This document shows positions 35,334-44,233 of a stretch of 64,000 bases of DNA, piece after piece. Position 1 is the first letter of the stretch. Every line of letters begins with the position of its first letter. This stretch comes from an uncultured Chloroflexia bacterium (GTDB lineage: Bacteria > Chloroflexota > Limnocylindria > QHBO01). The position numbers and the translations under genes were made by a program. The stretch is from contig CAVZPD010000028.1 in assembly GCA_963777045.1 (NCBI GenBank), positions 25,183-89,182 on the forward strand, read 5' to 3'. The notes beneath the pieces are model-generated. The model saw only the letters and a list, made by a program, of their open reading frames with translations, was not told the DNA's origin and ran no database searches.

Positions 35334-37484
35334 TCAGGGCGTCTCGCGGAAGCCGTCGACCTCCGTTTCGCCCAGCTCAGCCGTCACCGCGGCGGCGTCC
35401 TCCTGCAGGGTCGCCACGACGTCATCCGGCGCGCTGTCGTCAGGCTGCTCGGCCGCGCCCGGCGGTCCCGCTGACTCGGCCAGGAAGGCGCGCAGTCGAT
35501 CGCCCTCGCCAGAAGGGCCGACCAGCGCGATGCGGTCCGACGGCCGCAGCACGAGGTCGCCACGCGGCACCAGCAGGTCGTCCTCCCGACGCACGGCCAC
35601 GACCACCGCGTTGTGCGGCCAGTCGACCTCCTTGACCTGCTGTCCGGCCAGGCTTGAGCCGGCCGCAACGGTCCCCTCGATGGTGATGGTCTGGTCCGCC
35701 AGGTCGCTGAGGCGGCGCACGTTCGCCTTGCGGGCGCTCTTGTAGAGGTTGAGGAGGTCGCGCGCGCCCAGGATGCCGGTGAAGCGTTCGTCGCGGATCA
35801 CCGGGACCCACGAGGCGCGCCGGGTCGTGAGCGCTTCGAGCGCCTCGTCCAGGCCGTCGCGTTCGTCGACTGCCGGCCACGACGGGTCGGCCACGTCGCG
35901 CACCAGCGTGTCGGGCGGCGCGTCGTGGAGGTCGCCGTAGGTCGCCACGCCCACGAGCTTGCCCTCCTCCACGACCGGCGCACCGGGGGCGTGGACGCGC
36001 TCCAGGGCGGCGACCGCGTCGTCGGCACGCTGCTCCGGACTCAGCACCACGCGCGGCGTGCGCATCGCCTCCGCGGCGCCGATGCTGGCGAGGAGCGGCG
36101 TGGCGAACCGGAAGCGGTGCGCCGGCGACTCCGAACGGTTGCCGAGCTGGCTGGCGTAGATCGACTTCTCGCCGACCACGACCGTAGCCAGCCCCACCGC
36201 GATCATGGCCGGGGCGAGCATGCCGAGGTTGCCGGTCATCTCCGCGACCATGAGCATCACCGCCAGCGGCGCGTGGGCGATGCTGCCGAAGAGCGCCATC
36301 ATGGCCACGATCACGAACGGTGCCGGCGCGAGCGGCAGGCCCGGAGCGACGCCGTCGAGCAGGCGCCAGATCCCGGCGCCCAGCAGGCCGCCCACGACCA
36401 TGCCGGGTCCGAAGATGCCACCCGATCCGCCCGAGCCGATGGTCAGCGAGGTCGCCAGGATCTTGGCGAAGGGCAGGGCCAGGATGATCCACAGCGGCAG
36501 GTCGAAGACGCGCTGGTCCATCACGATCTGGACCCACCCGTACCCGGTTCCCAGCACGCCCGGGATGAGCAGGCCCAGCCCTCCCACCGCCAGGCCTGCT
36601 GCCGCCGGCCTCAGCATCGGTGGCAGCCGCAGGGAACGGAACCAGGCGGTCAGGCCGTAGAAGACCCGGATGTAGACGCGCCCCACCACGCCCGCCGCCA
36701 GGCCGATGAGGGCGTAGTAGCCGAGCTGCCGCGGATCGCCGAAGGTCGCGCCCTGGGCGCCGAAGATCGGCTCGAAGCCGACCGCCGCGCCGAAGATGGA
36801 GTAGGCGACGATGCTGGCAATGAAGGCGGGCACCAGGGCATCGGACTCGACGTCGTCGCGGTAGAGGATCTCGGCGCCCAGGATGGCGCCGCCCAGCGGG
36901 GCGCGGAAGATGGCGCCGATGCCGGCCGCCATGCCGGCGGCCACCGCGATCCGGGCGTCGCGCGCTTCGAGGTCGAGCACGCGGCTGAGGAACGAGCCGA
37001 AGCCGGCGCTGATCTGCGCGGTCGGGCCCTCGCGACCGCCCGAACCCCCGGAGCCGATGGTGACCGCCGACGCGACGAGCTTGATGAGCGGGATGCGCCC
37101 GCGGATACGTCGCGGGTGGTGGTGGTAGGCGGCGATGGCGGCATCGGTCCCGTGGCCCTCCGCCTCCGGTGCCCAGCGGAAGACGATGAAACCGGCGACC
37201 AGGCCGCCGGCCGCGACCACCAGCGGGATCAGCCAGGGCCTGGCGGCGTCGGTGACCGGCAGCCCGCCCTCGCCGACCGGCGTCGGCGGCAGGTAGCCGG
37301 CCACGTTGCCGAGGAAGAGGTGGGTCCCGAGGTCGAGCGCCGCTGAGAAGGCGATGGCGCCCAGGCCGCCGATGACGCCGATCAGCGCACCGAGCACCAC
37401 CCACTTGCGGAGGTACGGAGCGTTGCGGATCGTTTCGCGCAGCGCGAGGTGACGAGGCAGAGAGGGACGTCCGTCAGCGGCCAT
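35334..37484 (-). CDS. ClC chloride channel with C-terminal CBS pair and RCK_C (TrkA-C) domain
   Basis: GSGGSGGREGP and GGIFGP selectivity motifs, a CBS pair, then TIEGTVAAGSSLAGQQVKEV ... RPSDRIALVG. I chose the start at 37484 (MAADGRPS), which overlaps the MarR stop by 11 nt. Confidence 0.88.
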   Translation of the reverse strand: MAADGRPSLPRHLALRETIRNAPYLRKWVVLGALIGVIGGLGAIAFSAALDLGTHLFLGNVAGYLPPTPVGEGGLPVTDAARPWLIPLVVAAGGLVAGFIVFRWAPEAEGHGTDAAIAAYHHHPRRIRGRIPLIKLVASAVTIGSGGSGGREGPTAQISAGFGSFLSRVLDLEARDARIAVAAGMAAGIGAIFRAPLGGAILGAEILYRDDVESDALVPAFIASIVAYSIFGAAVGFEPIFGAQGATFGDPRQLGYYALIGLAAGVVGRVYIRVFYGLTAWFRSLRLPPMLRPAAAGLAVGGLGLLIPGVLGTGYGWVQIVMDQRVFDLPLWIILALPFAKILATSLTIGSGGSGGIFGPGMVVGGLLGAGIWRLLDGVAPGLPLAPAPFVIVAMMALFGSIAHAPLAVMLMVAEMTGNLGMLAPAMIAVGLATVVVGEKSIYASQLGNRSESPAHRFRFATPLLASIGAAEAMRTPRVVLSPEQRADDAVAALERVHAPGAPVVEEGKLVGVATYGDLHDAPPDTLVRDVADPSWPAVDERDGLDEALEALTTRRASWVPVIRDERFTGILGARDLLNLYKSARKANVRRLSDLADQTITIEGTVAAGSSLAGQQVKEVDWPHNAVVVAVRREDDLLVPRGDLVLRPSDRIALVGPSGEGDRLRAFLAESAGPPGAAEQPDDSAPDDVVATLQEDAAAVTAELGETEVDGFRETP

Positions 37485-37920
37485 GCTCACCGCCGACGAG
37501 GGCATCGGCCAGCGCCTGGAGCGCAGCCGCCGAGCCTTCCGGAAGGGTCTCATGCCGCGCCGCCAACGCCCGCGAGATGCGCCGTCGCCGTGCAGCCGTC
37601 ACCGCCCGGTGCGCGTCCATGCCCCGCTGCTGGAGGTGGAGCACGGTGGCCCTGCGGTCGTCCTCGTCCCGCTCTGCGGAGACCAGCCCTCGCTTCTCGA
37701 GGCGGCGCACCAGGCGGCTCGCGCTCGGCAGGGAGACGCCGAGCTGATCGGCCAGGTCGCCGACATGCAGGCCGTCGCCCTGCGCCAGCACGACCAGGGC
37801 ACGCCACTGGGAGAGGGTCAGGTCGCGTCCCTCCGGCGTCTCGCTCAGCGCGGTGGCGGTGAGGCCCACGGTCGCGACCGCGAGGTGTTCGAGGGCATCG
37901 AGGAGGCGGCGGTTGGGCAT
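37474..37920 (-). CDS. MarR family transcriptional regulator
   Basis: LTLSQWRALVVLAQGDGLHVGDLADQLGVSLPSASRLVRRLEKRGLV. I prefer the ATG at 37920. The track uses the TTG at 37938. Confidence 0.85.
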   Translation of the reverse strand: MPNRRLLDALEHLAVATVGLTATALSETPEGRDLTLSQWRALVVLAQGDGLHVGDLADQLGVSLPSASRLVRRLEKRGLVSAERDEDDRRATVLHLQQRGMDAHRAVTAARRRRISRALAARHETLPEGSAAALQALADALVGGEHGR

Positions 37921-37960
37921 TTGCGTAGCATACTGCAATAGTTGCGATACGACAACTATT
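37921..37960 (-). promoter_or_regulatory. AT-rich palindromic operator and putative leaderless promoter of the MarR-ClC pair
   Basis: AATAGTTG-N8-CAACTATT (37937-37960) is a strong AT-rich outlier. On the minus strand, TTGTCG (37955-37950), a 17-nt spacer and TATGCT (37932-37927) end 6 nt before the ATG at 37920. Confidence 0.5.
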
Positions 37961-37965
37961 CTCGG

Positions 37966-39954
37966 CTATGCGGGCAGGTCGGCCAACACGGTGCGCGCGG
38001 ATCGTTCGGCGAGGGCCATGACGGTCAGCATCGGGTTGACGCCCGACGAGGTGGGAAAGAGCGCAGCGTCAGCGACGTGAAGGCGGGGGATCACGCCGCC
38101 GGCGCCGTCCCGCACCCGGCCGTACGGATCGCACGCATGCTCCCGCGCACTGCTGCCTGCGCGCGCGGTGCCCATCTGGTGGGCGCTGAAGAGCGTCACC
38201 CGGTTCGGTGCCAGCGACATGGTCGCGACGCGGGTCAGCAATTCCTCGAAGCCGTCCTGCCCGTCGCCGATCGCCCAGCTTGGCGACGGCGTGGAGAGGA
38301 CGATCAGCCGCTCGGCGCCTCCGGCACGGCCGAGGCGGGCGAGCTCGAAGAGGGCATGCCTGGCAGTATCCGCGTCGTCGGCCGCGAGGCGGTACGTGAT
38401 GCGCGGGTGGCCGCCGCTCGACCAGCCCACGGTGCCGGAGCCCGTCTCGTGGACGATCCCGATGAGTGGCGCGTAGTGCCGGACCTCCGCCATGAGGTCC
38501 CGGTGCGCCTGCCCGCCCTCCCACGGGAGCGAGGAAGCGATCAGCCCCGGGTGTGCCGGCGCGGATTCGATGACGAACCCCCCTACGGGACCCAGGTGCT
38601 CCAGCGATCGTGCGGCCTGCGTGGGACCGGCCCACATCTCGACGGGTGACCGCATTCGCGCGGCGACGGCAACCACCGGATGCAGCCGCAGGTAGCGTCC
38701 GATGGCGGGGTGCTCGATGCCGCTGCGCTGCAGGAGGAGCGGGGTGCGCAGGGCGCCGCAGGCGACCACCACCGACCGCGCCCGGACGCGGAAGGGTCGC
38801 CCCGCCTGCGCGCCGTCGGCCAGGAGCCGGCCGGCGACGCCGACCGCCGTGCCGCCCCGCAGTTCCACGCGCTCGACCGTGGCGCCGGCAAGGACGCGCG
38901 CGCCGTCCCGGCATGCCGCGGCCAGGTGCGTGCGCGGGCCGGATCGCTTGCTGCCCTGCCGGCAGCCGAACGTGCAGCCGCCGCAGTCGACGCATGGCCC
39001 GGCGTTTCGCTCGGTCGGTGCCGCCTCCCAGTCCAGCGCGGCGGCGCCGTCAAGGATGAGCCGGTCCTTGGGTGGCATGACCGTTGGCGGCTGCAGGTCC
39101 AGCTCGGCGCTGAGCCGCGCGAGGTCGGCATCGGCCTCGGCGCCGTCGAAGCCGGCCAGGCCGTGCGTCCGCGCCCAATCGGCGCGGAGCCAGTCGGGTG
39201 GCTCCAGGCTGGTGGTCCAGTTGATCGTCGTCCCGCCACCGACCACCGAACCGGCGAGGATGGCGACGGCCAGGTCCGCGGTGGCGGTCGTGCCGCGGTC
39301 CAGGAAGAGCTCCCGGAAGGCCGCCCCCTCGGTGCGTGGCAGCGTGGCCTCGTCGGCTGACGGGCCCTGCTCCAGCACCAGCACGGCATGTCCGGCCGAC
39401 GCGATCCGCGCGGCGACCACGCCGCCACCGGCGCCGGACCCGACGACGACGACATCTGTGTCCAGCTCCAGGAGTTCGTCGGGTCGACGGTCGACGTCCA
39501 GCGGCGCGACCGCGGGAGCGGATGAGGTCATCGGCTTCGGCGCCACGTAGCCGATGCCCTCCCAGAGCGCATTGGTTGGCCCCGACCCGTCACCTTCGTC
39601 GGCGTAGGCGGTGAAGAGCGCGAGCCGCTTCAGCACCTGGAAGGTGGTTCGCAGGCGGCCGATGGGGCTGGTCGACCACGACCGCATGACCGCCTCGCGA
39701 CCCTCCCGGTCAAGGCTCGAGAAGGCACCCCAGCGGCGGGCGAACAGCCCGGGGACCGGCGGCAGCTCAATGAGCCGGAGGGCCAGACGCAGCAGGCGCA
39801 GCTCGTCGTGGTCGGCGGCGGCGACCATCGTCTCCGCTGCGAGGCGCGCCCGCCGCGGCGCATCGGCATCGGTACCCGGAACGAACGTCTCGAACACGCG
39901 CGCCAGTGTGGCCAGGTGCGCTTCGCTCCAGTCGTGCTCGGTGACGTCGGTCAT
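37966..39954 (-). CDS. GMC family oxidoreductase with long N-terminal extension (fatty-alcohol-oxidase-like layout)
   Basis: DVVVVGSGAGGGVVAARIASAGHAVLVLEQG sits about 170 aa from the start. The C-terminal GMC region ends ... HVADAALFPTSSGVNP. Confidence 0.85.
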   Translation of the reverse strand: MTDVTEHDWSEAHLATLARVFETFVPGTDADAPRRARLAAETMVAAADHDELRLLRLALRLIELPPVPGLFARRWGAFSSLDREGREAVMRSWSTSPIGRLRTTFQVLKRLALFTAYADEGDGSGPTNALWEGIGYVAPKPMTSSAPAVAPLDVDRRPDELLELDTDVVVVGSGAGGGVVAARIASAGHAVLVLEQGPSADEATLPRTEGAAFRELFLDRGTTATADLAVAILAGSVVGGGTTINWTTSLEPPDWLRADWARTHGLAGFDGAEADADLARLSAELDLQPPTVMPPKDRLILDGAAALDWEAAPTERNAGPCVDCGGCTFGCRQGSKRSGPRTHLAAACRDGARVLAGATVERVELRGGTAVGVAGRLLADGAQAGRPFRVRARSVVVACGALRTPLLLQRSGIEHPAIGRYLRLHPVVAVAARMRSPVEMWAGPTQAARSLEHLGPVGGFVIESAPAHPGLIASSLPWEGGQAHRDLMAEVRHYAPLIGIVHETGSGTVGWSSGGHPRITYRLAADDADTARHALFELARLGRAGGAERLIVLSTPSPSWAIGDGQDGFEELLTRVATMSLAPNRVTLFSAHQMGTARAGSSAREHACDPYGRVRDGAGGVIPRLHVADAALFPTSSGVNPMLTVMALAERSARTVLADLPA

Positions 39955-39983
39955 GTACGACGGGACCGCGGCTGGATCCCGGC

Positions 39984-41687
39984 TCAGTCCGGCTGCGTGG
40001 TGAGCCGGGCCTCGACGTCGGCGATGGGAACGACCGAGCGATCACCGGTCTCGCGCTCCGTGACCTCCGCCCCGCCGCCGGCAAGCGAGCGCGGGGAGAT
40101 CGTCACGATCAGGGGCATGCCGAGGAGCTCCGCATCGGTCAGCTTGACGCCGGGGGAGTCGTCGCGGTCGTCGTAGAGCACGTCGACTCCGGCATCGGTC
40201 AGGCGCTGGTAGAGGCCTTCCGCCGCCTCGAGGACGGCGGCGTCCTTCGATGCGCTGAGCGATACGAGGTGGGCGCGGTAGGGCGCCACGGACTGTGGCC
40301 AGGCGATGCCCTTCTCGTCGTGGTGCGCCTCGACGATGCAGGCCATGGCGCGTCCGAGGCCGATGCCGTAGCTGCCCATCACGACATGGTGCCGCGACCC
40401 GTCCTCGGCGAGGTACGTGGCGTCGAGCTTCTCCGTGAAGTCGGTGCCGAGCTTGAAGATGTTGCCGACCTCGATGCCCTTGCGCAGGATCACCGGGGCG
40501 CCGCAGGCCGGGCAGGGGTCGCTCTCGCGCGCATTGGCGATATCGGTCACCAGGTCTGGCTCGAAATCGCGCCCCACCTTGACGTGCTTCAGGTGGTAGC
40601 CGTGCCGGTTCGCTCCTGCCACCAGCCCGGGTTCGGCAGCGGCCAGGTCGTCCACGACCACGGTGGTGTCGTGCGCGCCGATGGGCGAGGCGTAGCCCGG
40701 TTCCATACCGGCGGCCTTGATCTCCTCGACCTGCGCCGGGCGCAGCCCGCCCACGGCCTTCACGGCGTTGGCCAGCTTCGTCTCGTTGACCTCGAAGTCG
40801 CCGCGCACGATGGCGGTGACGAGGCGTCCGTCGCCGGTCACGAAGAAGGTCGCCTTGGCCGTGCGATCGGTGCCGACGCCCAGGAGATCGGCGAGCGAGG
40901 CGATGGTCGGCGTCTCGGGCGTGGCGACCTCCTCGGCCGGCATCGGCTCCTCCGCCGAAGGTTCCGGTTTGCGGACCTGGGCGATCTGCTGGTTGGCGGC
41001 GTAGTCGCCGTTGGGGCAGAGGACGAGCGTGTCCTCCCCGTGCTCGTTCAGCACCATGAACTCGTGGGCGCCGCTGCCGCCCATGATGCCGACATCGGCG
41101 CCGACGGCGACCGTTTCGAGCCCCAGCCGGCGGAAGATGGTGGTGTAGGCGTCGTAGTGCGCCCGGTAGGAGCGGTCGAGGCTCTCCTCGTCGGGATCGA
41201 GGGTGTACGAGTCCTTCATCACGAACTCGCGGACGCGGATCAGGCCGCCGCGCGAGCGCGGCTCGTCGCGGAACTTGGTCTGGAAGTGGTAGACGATGGC
41301 CGGCAGCTGCCGGTACGACTTCACGATGTCGCGCAGGAGGTCGGCCACCACCTCCTCGTGGGTCATGGCCAGCACCATGTCGCGCCCGCCGCGGTCGGTG
41401 AATCGCACCATCTCCGGGCCGATCTTCTGGTACCGCCCCGACTCGCGCCACAGGTCGGCCGGGTGCACCACCGGCATCTCCATCTCCTGGCCGCCGATGG
41501 CGTCCATCTCCTCGCGGATGACCTGCTCGATCCGCTGCTGCACGCGGAAGCCGAGTGGCAGCAGGGAGTAGATCCCGGCCCCCAGCTGGCGCACGTAGCC
41601 GGCGCGCACCAGCAGCCTGTGGCTGACCATCTCGGCCTCGGCCGGATCGTCGCGCAGGCTTGCGAAGAAGAGCTTGGAGAGGCGCAT
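39984..41687 (-). CDS. proS: proline--tRNA ligase (bacterial type with editing insertion)
   Basis: MRLSKLFFASLRDDPAEAEMVSHRLLVRAGY, class II motifs, and the INS editing domain. The track start, TTG 41696, is 3 codons upstream. Confidence 0.93.
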   Translation of the reverse strand: MRLSKLFFASLRDDPAEAEMVSHRLLVRAGYVRQLGAGIYSLLPLGFRVQQRIEQVIREEMDAIGGQEMEMPVVHPADLWRESGRYQKIGPEMVRFTDRGGRDMVLAMTHEEVVADLLRDIVKSYRQLPAIVYHFQTKFRDEPRSRGGLIRVREFVMKDSYTLDPDEESLDRSYRAHYDAYTTIFRRLGLETVAVGADVGIMGGSGAHEFMVLNEHGEDTLVLCPNGDYAANQQIAQVRKPEPSAEEPMPAEEVATPETPTIASLADLLGVGTDRTAKATFFVTGDGRLVTAIVRGDFEVNETKLANAVKAVGGLRPAQVEEIKAAGMEPGYASPIGAHDTTVVVDDLAAAEPGLVAGANRHGYHLKHVKVGRDFEPDLVTDIANARESDPCPACGAPVILRKGIEVGNIFKLGTDFTEKLDATYLAEDGSRHHVVMGSYGIGLGRAMACIVEAHHDEKGIAWPQSVAPYRAHLVSLSASKDAAVLEAAEGLYQRLTDAGVDVLYDDRDDSPGVKLTDAELLGMPLIVTISPRSLAGGGAEVTERETGDRSVVPIADVEARLTTQPD

Positions 41688-41812
41688 GGGGCGCAAAGGA
41701 TAGCGGACCGATGTGAGTGGCCTCCGCGTCGCTCAGCGCTGCCGTGGCCCGTCCGCCGCTGCGATCGCCGCGTTCCGCCGCCGATCCGCCAACCATCCGC
41801 CGCCGGTCGGCC

Positions 41813-41868
41813 GCCGCCGCCCGTCCGCCGCCGCCGATCCGCCGCCGCCCGTCCGCCGCCGCCGATCC
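41813..41868. repeat. perfect tandem repeat 2 x 28 nt (GCCGCCGCCCGTCCGCCGCCGCCGATCC)
   Basis: 41813-41840 and 41841-41868 are identical. Degenerate copies extend to about 41745. The repeat lies in the proS 5' leader. Confidence 0.85.
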
Positions 41869-41870
41869 GG

Positions 41871-42050
41871 CGATAGATCTCCGCGATCGCACCTGAGGGC
41901 GGGTTCGGGCGCCGCATCGCGCGATCTATCGGTGCACCATGAGCCCGGATGCTGCCGAAAGGAACGCTTCGGGCGGCTCCCGCACCGATAGATGATGCAG
42001 ACCCAGACCCGATCCGGCCTTCGGGCGTAGAACGAGCGATCTATCGGTGG
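41871..42050 (-). promoter_or_regulatory. four alternating copies of motif ATCTATCGGTG in the proS leader
   Basis: Plus-strand copies are at 42039-42050 (forward), 41982-41993 (reverse), 41924-41935 (forward) and 41871-41880 (reverse, 9 nt). Spacing is about 53-58 nt. Adjacent copies are mutually complementary over 11, 12 and 9 bp. Confidence 0.5.
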
Positions 42051-42051
42051 G

Positions 42052-43350
42052 TCACGCCGCCTGTTCGGGCGCGGATCCGACGAGGTGCTCGGAGGCACGC
42101 AGCTGCCCCACCGGCAGGATCGCGACCAGGATGAGCCCCACGCTGGCGATCAGGAGCCCGTCGATCCCGGCCCAGTCGCCGGCCGGCCCGCTCACCAGTG
42201 CCCCCAGGATCTGGCCGACCCCGAGAAAGACCGAGTAGAGGCCCATGATCGCGCCGCGGTCCGCCGGATGGCTCTCGCTGATGTCGGCGAGCAGGCCGAG
42301 CGCCGCAGGCGTGGCGCCGGCCATGACGAAGAGCCCGGCGGCGGCAACCAGGATCAACGGCGCCTGGGCCGGGAGGCCCCAACCGCTCGAGTGGTTGAGG
42401 GCGAAGGTTGCGGCCAGCATCGCCAGCGCACCGCCCAGGCCGATGGCGATGATCGTCGTCCGTCGCAGCTGTTTGAAGCGGTTGCCCCAGTACCACAGGC
42501 CGGCCAGGAAGATCAACCCCACGCCCCCGAAGCCCAGGCTCACCGTGGTCGGACTGGCGCCCTGCATCAGCAGCTGGTTGCTGAAGGCGGGGGGCGGCTC
42601 GCGTACCAGCTGGAAGACCGATTGCGTTGCCCACGAGCCGAGGACGGCGTTCAACGCGATCCAGGTGGGAGCCAGCAGCCAGATTCGCGACGAGCTGAGC
42701 AGACGCCGATATCGGCCGAGATCGAGGGCGGTGGGACGGAGGTGGTGGGTGCCGGCCTCGAGCTCATCGCCGCTCGCCTCGTGGTGGAGCTCCCTGACGC
42801 CCCAGCGATAGATGGCAAACGAGCCGAGGTAGACGGCGGCGTTGAGGAGGAATCCGCCGCGCCCCAGCAGGTCGAAGACGGGCCCGGCGGCCACGATTCC
42901 GAAGCCGATGCCTGCCAGGGTCGCGGCTTCGAAGCGGGCGACCGCCTTGCCGCGCAGCGCCTGGTCGGCGCTGGTGGCCAGGGCGATGTAGCCGAGAATG
43001 GAGGGAATGGAGGCCGCTGCCGCCCCGCCCTCCAGGATCCTGGTCCCGCCGAGCACCCATAGATCGACGACGAACGCCGTGAGCACCGCGGCGACGAGCC
43101 CGAAGATGGGACCGATCTGCATGATGCGGTGAGCGCCGAATCGGTCCGACAGGTAGCCGAAGACCGGCGAACCAAGGAGCTCGGCGAGGAAATAGCCGGC
43201 GGTGAGCAGCGCCACCGTGGTGCTGTCGACGCTCAGACCGCCGTATTTCGGGAGGTCGTCCAGGTAGTAGACGAGCATGCCGCCCGTGAGGCCCGTGCTG
43301 AAGCGCAGCGTGAAGGTCCCCAGCAGGACGGCGACGATCGAACGGCTCAC
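42052..43350 (-). CDS. MFS transporter
   Basis: 432 aa, 12 TM helices, and a GYLSDRFGAHR loop motif after TM2. Confidence 0.85.
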   Translation of the reverse strand: MSRSIVAVLLGTFTLRFSTGLTGGMLVYYLDDLPKYGGLSVDSTTVALLTAGYFLAELLGSPVFGYLSDRFGAHRIMQIGPIFGLVAAVLTAFVVDLWVLGGTRILEGGAAAASIPSILGYIALATSADQALRGKAVARFEAATLAGIGFGIVAAGPVFDLLGRGGFLLNAAVYLGSFAIYRWGVRELHHEASGDELEAGTHHLRPTALDLGRYRRLLSSSRIWLLAPTWIALNAVLGSWATQSVFQLVREPPPAFSNQLLMQGASPTTVSLGFGGVGLIFLAGLWYWGNRFKQLRRTTIIAIGLGGALAMLAATFALNHSSGWGLPAQAPLILVAAAGLFVMAGATPAALGLLADISESHPADRGAIMGLYSVFLGVGQILGALVSGPAGDWAGIDGLLIASVGLILVAILPVGQLRASEHLVGSAPEQAA

Positions 43351-43454
43351 GCTGGGGAAGGCTAGCGGCAGCGCGTCCCTTCTGCGAGTCCCGGGGACAG
43401 CACGACGCCCGTTCCATCGGGCGGAACGGGCGTCGAGGAGAGCCTGTCAGGTGA

Positions 43455-43793
43455 TCAGGCGGTCTTCGCGTAGGTCTCCAGGCCGAATGCCGTCTCCAGC
43501 TGATCGGCCGGTCGGAACCCGACGGCCGCCTTCGGCGGCTCGCCTGGGGCGAAGAAGGCAACGGTGGGGATGCTCATGATCCCGTAGTGCATGGCAGTGT
43601 GCGGGTTCGCGTCGACGTCCACCTTCACCACCTCAACATTGCCGGCGTACTTCTCGGCCAGCTTATCGATCTCCGGGGCGACCAGGCGACACGGACCGCA
43701 CCAGGCGGCCCAGAAGTCCACGATGACGGGCTTCTCGTTCTTGAGGACAAGCTCCTCGAAGTTGGCGTCGGTCGCTTCGCGTACGTTCGACAT
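43455..43793 (-). CDS. trxA: thioredoxin
   Basis: VDFWAAWCGPCR active site in a 112-aa protein. Confidence 0.92.
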   Translation of the reverse strand: MSNVREATDANFEELVLKNEKPVIVDFWAAWCGPCRLVAPEIDKLAEKYAGNVEVVKVDVDANPHTAMHYGIMSIPTVAFFAPGEPPKAAVGFRPADQLETAFGLETYAKTA

Positions 43794-43832
43794 CGGTTCT
43801 GAATCGGTCCTTTCTTCCGGGATGAGTCGACC

Positions 43833-44126
43833 CTACCGGGCGACCTGCTGCAAGAGTCGGTATACCTCGAGGACCTGCGGGTCCGCGAGCCGATAGAAGA
43901 CGGTGCTGCCTTCCCGCCGAGAGGCAACGATTCCGGCCGCTCGCAGGACCGATAGGTGCTGACTCATGTTCGGCACCTGGCAGCCCACGTCGCGCGACAG
44001 GTCGCTGACCGAGCGCTCGCCCTCGGCGAGGCGCTCGACCACGCACAGCCGCTTGGCATCCGCCAGCGCCTTGGCGATGGCGGCGGAGCGGTCGCGCAGG
44101 ATCTCGGGAGAGAGCATCGCTTCCAT
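43833..44126 (-). CDS. ArsR/SmtB family transcriptional regulator
   Basis: ALADAKRLCVVERLAEGERSVSDLSRDVGCQVPNMSQHLSVLRAAGIV. Confidence 0.85.
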   Translation of the reverse strand: MEAMLSPEILRDRSAAIAKALADAKRLCVVERLAEGERSVSDLSRDVGCQVPNMSQHLSVLRAAGIVASRREGSTVFYRLADPQVLEVYRLLQQVAR

Positions 44127-44166
44127 CGGGGACCATTATGTCATTGATTGCGCAACCACGCAAGTG

Positions 44167-44211
44167 TTCCGCGATTGCGACATTCCGCGATTGCGACACG
44201 CTAGGTGTCGC
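44167..44211. promoter_or_regulatory. perfect 16-bp tandem repeat TTCCGCGATTGCGACA x2 plus adjacent 7-5-7 inverted repeat
   Basis: 44167-44182 and 44183-44198 are identical. GCGACAC-GCTAG-GTGTCGC spans 44193-44211. The site lies between the divergent ArsR gene and a small zinc-ribbon ORF. Confidence 0.55.
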
Positions 44212-44233
44212 GTGAGAGGCTCAATCTCGGGCC

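Noticed and set aside
41745-41868. GC-rich 28-nt tandem repeats considered as a CRISPR array
   Set aside because: The copies are directly adjacent with no spacers. Only two are perfect, and no cas genes are present.
41697-42051. T-box riboswitch upstream of proS
   Set aside because: I could not find the conserved T-box sequence (GGTGGTACCGCG-like) or a specifier-loop arrangement. This cannot be excluded without a covariance-model scan.
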